Assembly: GCA_964035575.1 (NCBI GenBank)
Contig: OZ037844.1
Location: 558,001 to 622,000, forward strand
Source: Rhynchopus sp. YZ270_cl-10
Lineage: Eukaryota
Direction: 5' to 3'
DNA length: 64,000 bases
A model generated the notes under the pieces. That model ran no database searches and had not been told where the DNA came from. It was given only the letters and a program-made list of their open reading frames with translations. Each line of letters starts with the position of its first letter. The first letter of the stretch is position 1. The position numbers were made by a program, and so were the translations under genes. This document shows positions 33,474 to 43,664 of this stretch, one piece after another.

Positions 33474-35147
33474 TCATTCTTCTGCACCGTGCTCGAGGAG
33501 AACCTGCACCACATCTGCATGTTTTTTTTGCCTCGCAAGCTTCAACGCAGTGTAGCCCGACCTGTTTCTGCGATTCACGTCCACCTCCCGCAAGCCCACA
33601 AGATAGCGCACAGTCTCGGTACGTCCATAATGTGCCGCAAACAAAAGACACGTTGTTGTGCTATGGAAGTCGACCACACGCACATCCGCACCTGCTTCGA
33701 CTAACATCTGCACAATTTCGAGTGCCCCACACTTACAAGCACGGTGAAGGGGTGTCAATCCCATATTATTTGCCTCTACGTCTGCCCCTGCATCAATGAG
33801 CACCTGCACCACATCTGAGTGTTTCTGTGACACTGCGTGGTTAAGTGAAGTAAGTCCGCTGTTATTAACCGACTGATTCACGTCCACCTCCGGCAAACAC
33901 AAAAGATAGCGCACAGTCTCGGTGTGTCCATTCTGTGCCGCAAGGTTCAAACAAGCATTTCCTTTGTTGTCTGTGACACTCACCCCCGAACCTGCTTTGA
34001 CCAACACCTTCACAATTTCGAGTTCCCCTGAACCGCAAGCCTCGTGCAGGGGCGAACATCCCCTCTCGTCCTTTGCCTCGATGTCTGCCCCTGCATCAAT
34101 GAGCACCTGCACTACATCTGCATGGTTTTGATGTATTGCGTAAAACAACGCAGACCATTGTGCTTCACCTTTTTGATTTGTCAGGTTCAACGCAGTGTGG
34201 CTCGCATCCATTAGATAGCGCACAGTCTCGGTGTGTCCATGATACGCCGCAAACATAAAACACGTACGTCCTGCATTGTCAGTGACACACACTCCCGCAC
34301 CTGCTTTGACCAACATCTTCACAAGTTCTAGTTCCCCTGAAAGGCAAGCCAAGTGCAGGGGAGAACATCCACTCTGGTCCTTCACTTCGATGTCTGCCCC
34401 TGCATCAATGAGAACCTGCACCACATCTGCATGATTTTGATGTATTGCGTAAAACAACGCAGACCATTGTGCATCACGTATGTAATTTGTCAGGTTCAAT
34501 GCAGTGCGGTCCGCATCCACAAGATAGCGCACAGTCTCGGTGTGTCCATGATATGCCGCAAACATAAAACACGTACGTCCTCCGTCGTCTGCGACACACA
34601 CTCTCGCACCTTTTCTAACCAACATCTTCACAACATCGAGTGCTCCTGAACGACAAGCAAAGTGCAGAGGAGAACGTCCCATGTCGTCCTTTGTCTCGAT
34701 GTCTGCTCCTGCATCAATGAGCACCTGAAACACTGCAGGGTCCTCCCACATGGCTGGACAGGGTCGGTCTTTGATGTCCTCCTGCCCGTGTGGGACAAAC
34801 GCAACGTTGCTGCAGACTGACTTCCAATGCTGCAAGAGGACCTCCGTGCACGCAGTGTGGTCTGCGTGGATGCACTCACTCAGCAGCATCCCGAAGCCCA
34901 TCTGCGTTGTCTCAACATACGGAAGAAGCAGTGCGAGGCATTCATCGTGGTTCCCTTTGCATGCCTCGTGCACAGCATCGAAGGAAACCGTTTTGCTGTC
35001 TGTGTCTGGGCTGAGCTTCTCAAGTCCCGCCCGCACGGCAGTCGTGTCGCCGTTCCTGGCAGCCTCCACCAAGACCTCGTCTGCAGAAAGTGTTGTGCTG
35101 TTTGGTGCCTTCTCGTCAGGTGTGCTGTCTGTGTGTCGCTTCGACAT
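33474..35147 (-). CDS. Ankyrin-repeat protein, array member 2 (557 aa; NLS variant KAPNSTTL)
   Basis: Same architecture. C-terminal region and 3' flank near-identical to member 1. Confidence 0.92.
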   Translation of the reverse strand: MSKRHTDSTPDEKAPNSTTLSADEVLVEAARNGDTTAVRAGLEKLSPDTDSKTVSFDAVHEACKGNHDECLALLLPYVETTQMGFGMLLSECIHADHTACTEVLLQHWKSVCSNVAFVPHGQEDIKDRPCPAMWEDPAVFQVLIDAGADIETKDDMGRSPLHFACRSGALDVVKMLVRKGARVCVADDGGRTCFMFAAYHGHTETVRYLVDADRTALNLTNYIRDAQWSALFYAIHQNHADVVQVLIDAGADIEVKDQSGCSPLHLACLSGELELVKMLVKAGAGVCVTDNAGRTCFMFAAYHGHTETVRYLMDASHTALNLTNQKGEAQWSALFYAIHQNHADVVQVLIDAGADIEAKDERGCSPLHEACGSGELEIVKVLVKAGSGVSVTDNKGNACLNLAAQNGHTETVRYLLCLPEVDVNQSVNNSGLTSLNHAVSQKHSDVVQVLIDAGADVEANNMGLTPLHRACKCGALEIVQMLVEAGADVRVVDFHSTTTCLLFAAHYGRTETVRYLVGLREVDVNRRNRSGYTALKLARQKKHADVVQVLLEHGAEE

Positions 35148-35783
35148 GGTGTGTGAAGATGTTGATATTCAATGTTGTGTCTTTTATGCTGTTTCTTTTT
35201 TGTGGAGGTTGTGAGGTGAGTGGTGGGTGTCCCTGAACTGTCTTCCCACCCCTGACAAGCACAGCCACAGTGAAAACGGGTGGTTGTGGAAGTCTCCCTC
35301 CTGAGGGTGGTGGTGGGAATCTATCTGCCTTGAGGAGATCTCCCACGCACAAGCGTTGCCTTGAAGGTGAGGGAGGGTCTGTAATATAAAAAATATCATT
35401 TCAGTCTTCATGTTCACAATGTATTTGCGTCCATCAAAGAATAGGTTTACGTCTGGTGGTGAGGAGCAGAATGGGGGTAAAAAAAAAAAAAGAAAGTTTG
35501 TAAGTTGAATGAGCCTCTGGCGCACCCACATCACCGCAATCGAAGCTAAACACACCACAAAACCCCCACCACGAAGACGCACCCTTCACAAAAGCAAGAA
35601 CTGTAAAGTCCCTTTAAAACACTCCTGTATCAACGCATACACCAGAGGACCCCACTTATCCCCTCTTCCCCTCTATACTTCATGGTCCACCTCAACCCAG
35701 GCAGACTACAAAGTACCCCCCTGTTTTCCCTCCTAGAGTATACAAGCAACATCACCACCACCCCCTTCACCCCTCTCCCCCAC

Positions 35784-36452
35784 TCATCCCGCAGCCAGCG
35801 CCGCTATGAGTACCTGATCCATATGCGATGTGCATGGACTGTCTAAGGCGACCCAACGCTGTGCAAAGGCGAAGGGCTCTGGTGAAGGGGGTGCGGGGGT
35901 AACGCGACGTACGGCAGTACTGCCCCCCACACTCCCGCAGGAGTCCCGCTCACACACGGATGGCATCGTCTCACTGCGGCCTCGGGTTTGCTCCGGGGTG
36001 GAGCAGGGGATGGGTGCCCGCCTGGCAAGCTCAGATCTGATACGCTGTCGTAGCGACGCTGCGGACGATGTGTCGAACGAACGGTGACGTGGTCGTGCAG
36101 TTGGTGCACGGATACGGAAGCTTTGCTGGGTTCGCGCAAAGGCGCTGAAGACTGGCACATCAGGGTGGGAGTTCATGCAGGGGAATGCGGGCGTGAATCC
36201 GGCGGTCTTGAGATTGCCCTCATGCGTGCCTATCGTGGGCATGCTTCTGCGTGCTGGCCTCCGTGCATGCCCCACAGGCGGCTGTGGGCCTGCCTCACAC
36301 ACTGCCCTATGCAACACCGCAGGGCCCCTGTCCACAATAATCTGCCTCTGTGGGCTTGCGATGTGGCCAGCACCCATACCCGTCAGCCGGCAGAAGCCAC
36401 GGCTCCGCCAGGTGCCGCAACCACGACTGTCGCGTCTTCCATAATAGGCCAT
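35784..36452 (-). CDS. Possible hypothetical protein (222 aa) or degraded gene
   Basis: GC-rich island on the coding strand, with an upstream pyrimidine tract and an ATG. No recognisable domain. Confidence 0.3.
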   Translation of the reverse strand: MAYYGRRDSRGCGTWRSRGFCRLTGMGAGHIASPQRQIIVDRGPAVLHRAVCEAGPQPPVGHARRPARRSMPTIGTHEGNLKTAGFTPAFPCMNSHPDVPVFSAFARTQQSFRIRAPTARPRHRSFDTSSAASLRQRIRSELARRAPIPCSTPEQTRGRSETMPSVCERDSCGSVGGSTAVRRVTPAPPSPEPFAFAQRWVALDSPCTSHMDQVLIAALAAG

Positions 36453-36608
36453 GAAAGGGGGGTGGGGTGTAGGGGCTCCTGTGAGGTGCGTGGGGTGAAG
36501 GGAATGGTTCTGCTTTGAACGTTGAGAAATAATGGTATTCTTTGGTGAAGCTTCAGCTTGATTTGTCGAATAAAGGGGGCTTGAACGTATTGGTTCTTCC
36601 CGTCCGCA

Positions 36609-38000
36609 TTATTCTTCTGCACCGTGCTCGAGGAGAACCTTGACCAGATCTGCCTGCTGTGTGTATCTCGCATGGTACAATGCAGTCTCACCATGCTGAT
36701 TTGCGTGGTTCACGTCCACCTCAGGCAACCCAACAAAATAGCGTACCATATCGGTGATTCCATTCCTTGTTGCAAGGGTAAGACAGGTGTTTCCATCGCT
36801 GTCTTCCGTACGCACTGACGCTCCTGCTGCAACCAAAAAAGTTGTAATCGCGTTCCGTGCCTGGTAGTCTCTGCAAGGTTCGCACACATTCAACATGAGA
36901 GGTGTCCATGAGTCCTCATCCTTTGCATCGATGTCTGCCCCTGCATCAATGAGCAACTGCATCACATCTGTAAGCTTCGCATCATTTTGCATTACCGCAC
37001 CGTGCAATGCAGTCAGCCCGGTCTCATCTGCGTGATTCACGTCCACCTCAGGTAAGCCCAAAAGGTAGCACACAGTCTCGGTGTTCCCAAAACCTACCGC
37101 AGTGCTGAGACATGTATCTCCTTCGTAATCTGTGACACACACTTCCGCACCTGCTCTGACCAACACCTTCACAACCCGGAGATGCTCAAGATGGCATGCT
37201 ACGAGGAGCGGTGACAGTCCGTCGCTGATCCCGCGGCTGCCCTTTACCTCAATATCAGCCCCTGCATCGATAAGCACCTCCATCACATCTGGATGGTCCA
37301 CCTCAGCTACTGCGAGCACCGCAGTGTAGCCGTACTCATCCATGTGGTTCACGTCCATCTCTGGCAAGCTCACAAGATAACGCACAGTCTCGGTGTGTCC
37401 ATTATACGCCGCAAGGGTCAGACACGTGTGTCCTTCGTGGTCTGCGACACACACCCCCGCACCTGCTTTGACCAACACCTTCACAACATCGAGTGCTCCT
37501 GAACGACAAGCCAAGTGCAGAGGAGAACGTCCCATGTCGTCTTTTGTCTCAATGTCTGTCCCTGCATCAATGAGCACCTGACACACTGCAGGGTCCTCCC
37601 ACATGGCTGGACAGGGTCGGTCTTTGATGTCCTCCTGCCCGTGTCGGACAAACGCAACGTTGCTGCAGACTGACTTCCAATGCTGCAAGAGGACCTCCGT
37701 GCACGCAGTGTGGTCTGCGTGGATGCACTCACTCAGCAGCATCCCGAAGCCCATCTGCGTTGTCTCAACATATGGAAGAAGCAGTGCGAGGCATTCATCG
37801 TGGTTCCCTCTGCATGCCTCGTGCACAGCATCGAAGGCAACCGTTTTGCTGTCTGTGTCTGGGCTGAGCTTCTCAAGTCCTGCCCGCACGGCAGTCGTGT
37901 CGCCGTTCCTGGCAGCCTCCACCAAGACCTCGTCTGCAGAAAGCTTTCTTCTCTTTGGTGCCTTCTCGTCAGGTGTGCTGTCTGCGTGTCGCTTCGACAT
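36609..38000 (-). CDS. Ankyrin-repeat protein, array member 3 (463 aa from MSKRH)
   Basis: Start set at ATG 38000 by homology with the paralogues. PKRRK NLS and ankyrin repeats. Confidence 0.92.
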   Translation of the reverse strand: MSKRHADSTPDEKAPKRRKLSADEVLVEAARNGDTTAVRAGLEKLSPDTDSKTVAFDAVHEACRGNHDECLALLLPYVETTQMGFGMLLSECIHADHTACTEVLLQHWKSVCSNVAFVRHGQEDIKDRPCPAMWEDPAVCQVLIDAGTDIETKDDMGRSPLHLACRSGALDVVKVLVKAGAGVCVADHEGHTCLTLAAYNGHTETVRYLVSLPEMDVNHMDEYGYTAVLAVAEVDHPDVMEVLIDAGADIEVKGSRGISDGLSPLLVACHLEHLRVVKVLVRAGAEVCVTDYEGDTCLSTAVGFGNTETVCYLLGLPEVDVNHADETGLTALHGAVMQNDAKLTDVMQLLIDAGADIDAKDEDSWTPLMLNVCEPCRDYQARNAITTFLVAAGASVRTEDSDGNTCLTLATRNGITDMVRYFVGLPEVDVNHANQHGETALYHARYTQQADLVKVLLEHGAEE

Positions 38001-38394
38001 GGTTTGGTGTTGAGTGCTTTGTGGTGAATGGGGAAGGGGGAAATGTTCGGCCTGACACAAAATGATGAGAAACTCTGTTTTTTTTTATGTATACAGTTCG
38101 CTAACTTTCACTAGATCTATCACACTGCTCTGTTGTGGCTATTGATTCAGAGGCTTCTTGAGCGCGGTATGCTGGCAACGGTTGTCTGTTGCAACATGGA
38201 ATAAAAATAGAAGCAAAGTTTATAAGATGATCCTAAGCCTTTCTGTGCTTAGTCACCTTATCATATTCGATATCGCACAGCATCAGCTGCGCTGGCTTCC
38301 ACAAGCTTGTTGTCAGGGATGAGAGGCGCTCTCTCTAATGTTAGAGGTTGGTCGAAGAACGTAGATGTTGTGGAAAAGTTGTGTCAATGGCCGT

Positions 38395-38512
38395 GGTGTG
38401 TCCAGGAGAGACACATTGTGGTTCACTTCCTGCGTTGCAGAGACTGTCTCCCAGGCCTTTTTTGGGGCGCAGTTTTTTTCCCCCTCCTTCTTCTTCCCCT
38501 TCGGTGGCGGCT
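38395..38512 (-). pseudogene. Captured fragment of the 40775-42559 gene
   Basis: Homologous to 41841-41983. Translates as PKKAWETVSATQEVNHNVSLLDTP versus PKKAWDPVFATQEANHNVSLLDTP. Confidence 0.85.
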
Positions 38513-38583
38513 GGGAGGGGTCAGGCGGGGTGTACACAGACGGGTTGAAGGTGGTGCGGAGCTGGCTGCAACCGTCCGCATTA

Positions 38584-40293
38584 TTATTGTTCTGCACCGT
38601 GCTCGAGGAGAACCTTGACCATATCTGCATCTTGTCTGTCTCTCGCATGGTACAATGCAGTCTCACCATTCTGATCTGCGTGGTTCACGTCCACCTCAGG
38701 CAAGCCAGCAAAATAGCGTACCATATCGGTGCGACCAAACATTGCTGCAAGGGTAAGGCAGGTGTTTCCATCGTTGTCTTCGGCACGCACTGACGCTCCT
38801 GCTGCGACCAACAACGTTGTAATCGCGATCTGATACCCGCTTGCTAAGTACAGAACATCATGTGCGCACATACACGAGTGACACATTATGAGAGGTGTCC
38901 ATGAGCACTCATCCTTTGCATCGATGTCTGCCCCTGCATCAATGAGCAACTGCATCACATCTGCAAATTTTGCATCATTTTGCATTACCGCACCGTGCAA
39001 GGCAGTCAAACCATGCTCACCTGCCTGATCCACGTCCACCTCAGGCAAGCCCAAAAGGTAGCGCACAGTCTCGGTGTGCCCATTACATGCCGCATGGGTG
39101 AGACATATGTTGCCTTCGCTAGCTGTGGCACACACGTCTGCACCTGCTTTGACCAACACCTTCACAACCCGGAGATGCCCAAGCTTGCTCGCCAGGAGGA
39201 GTGGTGAATGTCCGTCGCTGATTCCGCTGCTGCCCTTTACCTCAATATCTGCCCCTGCATCGATTAGCACCTCCATCACATCTGCATGATTTGCTTCAGC
39301 TACTGCGAGCACTGCAGTGTTGCCGTTCTCATCCACGTGGTTCAGATCCATCTCTGGCAAGCTCACAAGATAACGCACAGTCTCGGTGTGTCCGTGATTG
39401 GCCGCAAACATAAGACATGTGTTCCCGAAGTCGCTTGTGGCACGTACTCGCGCACCTGCTTGCACCAACATCTTCACAACTGCGAGTGCTCCTGAACGAC
39501 AAGCCCAGTGCAGAGGCGAACGTCCCTCCTCGTCCTCTGTCTCGATGTCTGCCCCTGCATCAATGAGCACCTGCACGACTTCAGGATAGTTTCCTTTAAC
39601 TGCCCAGTGTAGCGCAGTGTAACCGTGAGCACCTGGGTGATTCATGTCCACATCCTCCAAGCCAACAAGATAACGCACAGTCTCGGTGTGTCCACAATAC
39701 GCCGCAATGGTAAGACACGTGTCTCCTTCGTGGTCTGCGACACACACCCCCGCACCTGTTTTCACCAACATCTTCACAACAGCGACATTTCCAAAACTGC
39801 TCGACAGGAGTAGAGGCGAACGTCCGTAGTCATCCTTTTTCTCGATGTCTGCCCCTGCATCAATGAGCACCTGACACACTGCAGGGTCCGCCCACATAGC
39901 TGGACAGGGTCGGTCTTTCTTGCCCCCCTGCCCGTGTCGGACAAGCCCAACGTTGCTGCAGAATGACTTCCAATGCTGCAAGAGGACCTCCGTGCACGCA
40001 GTCTGGTCTGCGTGGACGCACTCACTCAGCAGCATCCCGAAGCCCATCTGCGTTGTCTCAACATACGGAAGAAGCAGTGCGAGGCATTCATCGTGGTTCC
40101 CTCTGCATGCCTCGTGCACAGCATCGAAGGCAACCGTTTTGCTGTCTGTGTGAGAGCTGAGCTTCTCAAGTCCCACCCGCACGGCAGTCGTGTCGCCGTT
40201 CCTGGCAGCCTCCACCAAGACCTTGTCTGCAGAAAGCTTTCTTCTCTTTGGTGCCTTCTCGTCAGGTGTGCTGTCTGCGTGTCGCTTCGACAT
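38584..40293 (-). CDS. Ankyrin-repeat protein, array member 4 (569 aa)
   Basis: Same architecture. Shares C-terminal modules and ~210 bp of upstream sequence (40294-40505 = 38001-38210) with member 3. Confidence 0.92.
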   Translation of the reverse strand: MSKRHADSTPDEKAPKRRKLSADKVLVEAARNGDTTAVRVGLEKLSSHTDSKTVAFDAVHEACRGNHDECLALLLPYVETTQMGFGMLLSECVHADQTACTEVLLQHWKSFCSNVGLVRHGQGGKKDRPCPAMWADPAVCQVLIDAGADIEKKDDYGRSPLLLSSSFGNVAVVKMLVKTGAGVCVADHEGDTCLTIAAYCGHTETVRYLVGLEDVDMNHPGAHGYTALHWAVKGNYPEVVQVLIDAGADIETEDEEGRSPLHWACRSGALAVVKMLVQAGARVRATSDFGNTCLMFAANHGHTETVRYLVSLPEMDLNHVDENGNTAVLAVAEANHADVMEVLIDAGADIEVKGSSGISDGHSPLLLASKLGHLRVVKVLVKAGADVCATASEGNICLTHAACNGHTETVRYLLGLPEVDVDQAGEHGLTALHGAVMQNDAKFADVMQLLIDAGADIDAKDECSWTPLIMCHSCMCAHDVLYLASGYQIAITTLLVAAGASVRAEDNDGNTCLTLAAMFGRTDMVRYFAGLPEVDVNHADQNGETALYHARDRQDADMVKVLLEHGAEQ

Positions 40294-40774
40294 GGTTTGG
40301 TGTTGAGTGCTTTTGTGGTGAATGGGGAAGGGGGAAATGTTCGGCCTGACACAAAATGATGAGAAACTCTGTTTTTTTTTTATGTATACAGTTCGCTAAC
40401 TTTCACTAGATCTATCACACTGCTCTGTTGTGGCTATTGATTCAGAGGCTTCTTGAGCGCGGTATGCTGGCAACGGTTGTCTGTTGCAACATGGAATAAA
40501 AATAGTTCAAAGTGCAAAACGCCTCACCGTTCATCGGACGCAAGCACTGGCTTTAAAAAAAAACAAACAGAAGACCAATTTATTTGTCCCCCAAATTTCT
40601 TGTACTACTATACTCGACACAAAACAAAGAAGTTGAAAGTGCAAACTTCCTCCACCGTTCATCGGCGGACGCAAGCACTGGGACAAACCAAATACACCCA
40701 CCTCTCACCACCCTTCTAACTCTCTCTCTCTTTGTACAATTTTTCAAAAATTTAATTTCAAAAAAAACCTCCCC

Positions 40775-42559
40775 CTAGACCCCCATGCGCCGCATTTCTT
40801 GGCGGACACGAACTTCACTCAGAATATCATCTAAATCCGGCACGAGCACCCCTGGACTGTCTGCGTCCACATCACGGTACAGGCCGTAACTCCCATATGG
40901 GGAGGCACTCTTCTCCTCCCCCCTTTGCCCTTTCTCCTCGATGACGTCTGCTGCTGCATACGTTCTGTCTAGGTCAAAGCCGTCTAACCCTCCTGTTGTA
41001 TGTGGCGTTGCGAAGTTGAAGCCGAGGGGGTATGTGGAAGTGGAAGGGGAGGGCGGCGACGGCGGGTGGCTCGCAGTGCGCGTCTTCCGCGCCGCAAGCC
41101 TGCGGGAACGTTCGTTCAGGGCAGGGGTGTGTGTTAACGATTTGTCCGCCTCCCGCTGTCTCTCATCCCTCTTCTGCGCCCGCGTCTGCTCCCTTTGAAA
41201 GTTAAACATCAGCCCCACATCGTACAACCGCGCTTCAGGAGCAGAAGGACCAGCTCCTCCACCAAGCCTGCCTTCCTTCCGGTATGCAGTGCCGATGAGC
41301 CCTGCTTGCCGAGCCTCAGCTTGAGTTGCGAGGACCCGGGTTTTCTCTGTGATAGTAGGCGTGAAGGAGCAGTTGTCTTCGTTGTGGACTTCTTTGGTTT
41401 TGAGGGCACGGTGGCGCTGCTTCTCATTCTGGAATTTTTTGCCTTTGTCGTAAAGAAACTGTCCGACCTGAGACGGTTTGTTGCTTTCACGGAGTTCGCG
41501 GGCGTGCTCGCTGATGGTCGGTTTTGTTTGCATGCCTTGCTCTGCGTCTACCTCTATGCGCTTCTTTTCTAAAGTGCGACTCCTTTTTTGCTTATGCATT
41601 GCCCCCTTATCATAGAAATATGCACCCAACACTTTGTCATCTCTTTTATTATTCTCTCGAATCTCCGCAGCATACGGTGTGATAAGCGGTTTATGTGTAC
41701 CCCCCTCCGCCAGCCCTTCTCTCACCTTCTTTTCCATTTCCTTTTGCTTCTTGCCTTGGAAAGCCTGTCCACGAGAGTATAAGGACTTCATATATAAATC
41801 AAAGTCCTTCTCCTTCATTGTCTTCCCGGTGACCGGAAGCGGTGTGTCCAGGAGAGACACATTGTGGTTCGCTTCCTGCGTTGCAAAGACTGGGTCCCAG
41901 GCCTTTTTGGGGCGCGGTTTTTTTTCTCCTCCTCCTCCCCCTCCCCCTTCTCCTTCTCCCCCTACCGGTGCTGGTGGCGGCTTGCCTTGGACTTTACCTT
42001 TTTTTTCATTTTCTTCGCTCTTTTCAGTCTTACCCGGTGTGCGATCCAAGATAGGGGGTTCTATGCTTGGCGATACTGCTAAAGGGCTCATAGATCGTCG
42101 TTCAACGCGCCTGATGGACCGTGCAGTGGTTTGAGGGTGAGGTGGAAGGTCGGTTTCGGGTATGGGTGTGATGTGGTGTGCTCTGCTGGGGCTGGCGTGT
42201 TGTGCGTCGCGGAGATGGAAGGCGAGGCTGTATTCGGCGTCACGGCGTTGGCGAAATGCGTCTTGAAGCGCTCGGAGTTCCTGTTGTGCTTCCGAGAGGA
42301 ATGCATGCTGTTGTCCATGCGGAGCGTGGCTGTGTGGTGTAGGTGTAGGCGCTGCAGCAGGCTGTGGCGCCGGAGACAACGAAGGGTGGTCCTGGCGGTG
42401 GTGTCCCTCAGGCGACGTAGCGTGCTGCTGCCGTGCCTGGTACTGCAGCATCTCCGGGGGGAGGGGGCGTGCGGCGTACTCCTCCCCGACCCTCGCACGC
42501 ACCTCCCATATCCTCTCGACCTCAGAGGTACGGTGTTTTGGGGTGTTAACGAGAGGCAT
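40775..42559 (-). CDS. Hypothetical basic/charged protein (594 aa) with repeated (F/H)xPxI motifs
   Basis: Long ORF with recurring HKPLIT, TKPTISEHA, FTPTITEKT and HTPALNERSRRLA motifs, of a kind seen in protist cytoskeleton-associated proteins (inference). Confidence 0.85.
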   Translation of the reverse strand: MPLVNTPKHRTSEVERIWEVRARVGEEYAARPLPPEMLQYQARQQHATSPEGHHRQDHPSLSPAPQPAAAPTPTPHSHAPHGQQHAFLSEAQQELRALQDAFRQRRDAEYSLAFHLRDAQHASPSRAHHITPIPETDLPPHPQTTARSIRRVERRSMSPLAVSPSIEPPILDRTPGKTEKSEENEKKGKVQGKPPPAPVGGEGEGGGGGGGEKKPRPKKAWDPVFATQEANHNVSLLDTPLPVTGKTMKEKDFDLYMKSLYSRGQAFQGKKQKEMEKKVREGLAEGGTHKPLITPYAAEIRENNKRDDKVLGAYFYDKGAMHKQKRSRTLEKKRIEVDAEQGMQTKPTISEHARELRESNKPSQVGQFLYDKGKKFQNEKQRHRALKTKEVHNEDNCSFTPTITEKTRVLATQAEARQAGLIGTAYRKEGRLGGGAGPSAPEARLYDVGLMFNFQREQTRAQKRDERQREADKSLTHTPALNERSRRLAARKTRTASHPPSPPSPSTSTYPLGFNFATPHTTGGLDGFDLDRTYAAADVIEEKGQRGEEKSASPYGSYGLYRDVDADSPGVLVPDLDDILSEVRVRQEMRRMGV

Positions 42560-43664
42560 GTGTGTGTGTTTCGCTTTGTGGTGGTGGGTGGGTTGTAAAG
42601 GATTTGGGGGGATGTATGTTAAAGAGTTGGTTGGTCTGTTTTGGGTTATTAGAGTTTATTTCGTTAGAATTGTGTAACATTTGGTGCGTGGGGTGCTTGG
42701 GGAGTGTGATGGTCGGGTAAAAAGACTAAAGCAGGGAGGATTTAGGCTCGCTTAGGGGGTGGCGCGACTCACCCATCTGGCTTGCGCAGACTGCTGCCTG
42801 TTGCAAAAGTGTAAACAGAACTGAAAGTGGAATTTGCATTATTTTATGCACATGGGAGTGGGAGGGGAATATGAAACACTTGCTTTCAATGACTAGAGAA
42901 CAGCCTCCAACCTGATCAGAGAGTTTCCTCGAAGGTGCCTGTCTACTGCTGCCCCATTGCCAGCCTCGCTGAGTGTGTGGCACTGTGTGCTGTATCGGGA
43001 GATGGATTCAGGGAGTTTGAAGGATGCGTCAGTGTGCGTGCCAGTCGCAGTGGTCCAGCTGTTGGAGTACCTCACATATGAAAATTTTTAATGTACGACG
43101 ATGCTGTACCAGTAGTAGTAAACATGCTGAATAACATGATATTCTTTACATGCATTTCACGCAAATTGTTACCATTCTACACACTTGGAACACACTGGTA
43201 AACTTCCGTGGCACCTAAGAGCTTATTACGCAACAAGGATACAGCATGCTACTCAGGACCGTGCGTTTCATGATCGTATTTTCCATTTTTGTTCACAGTT
43301 CGTGGCGAGGAGGAGATGATGTGACGCCATTCCTGGGCCATACCGTTCACCTCACACCGCTCTTTCCCTTTTGGGTTTCTTCACACACGTCTTTGCACCT
43401 TCGCACTCACTTGCTGAAACGTGGTGGGGTTACTTCCAAGAAATTCAATTAGTATTCGTATTCTTTCAATTTATAAACTTTCACAATATGACATACACCG
43501 AACTTTGCTGACAAGCAATGCAAGACAAAGACTCAATATTATCTCAGTGTCGAACGATCATCCCACTGCACTGTATCTCCATGAGGGAGGGGTTTCAAAG
43601 AAAACAATGATTCACATCAAGAGCCGCAGACAATCAGGGAAGTCGTATTCCCATTGGCCTCACC

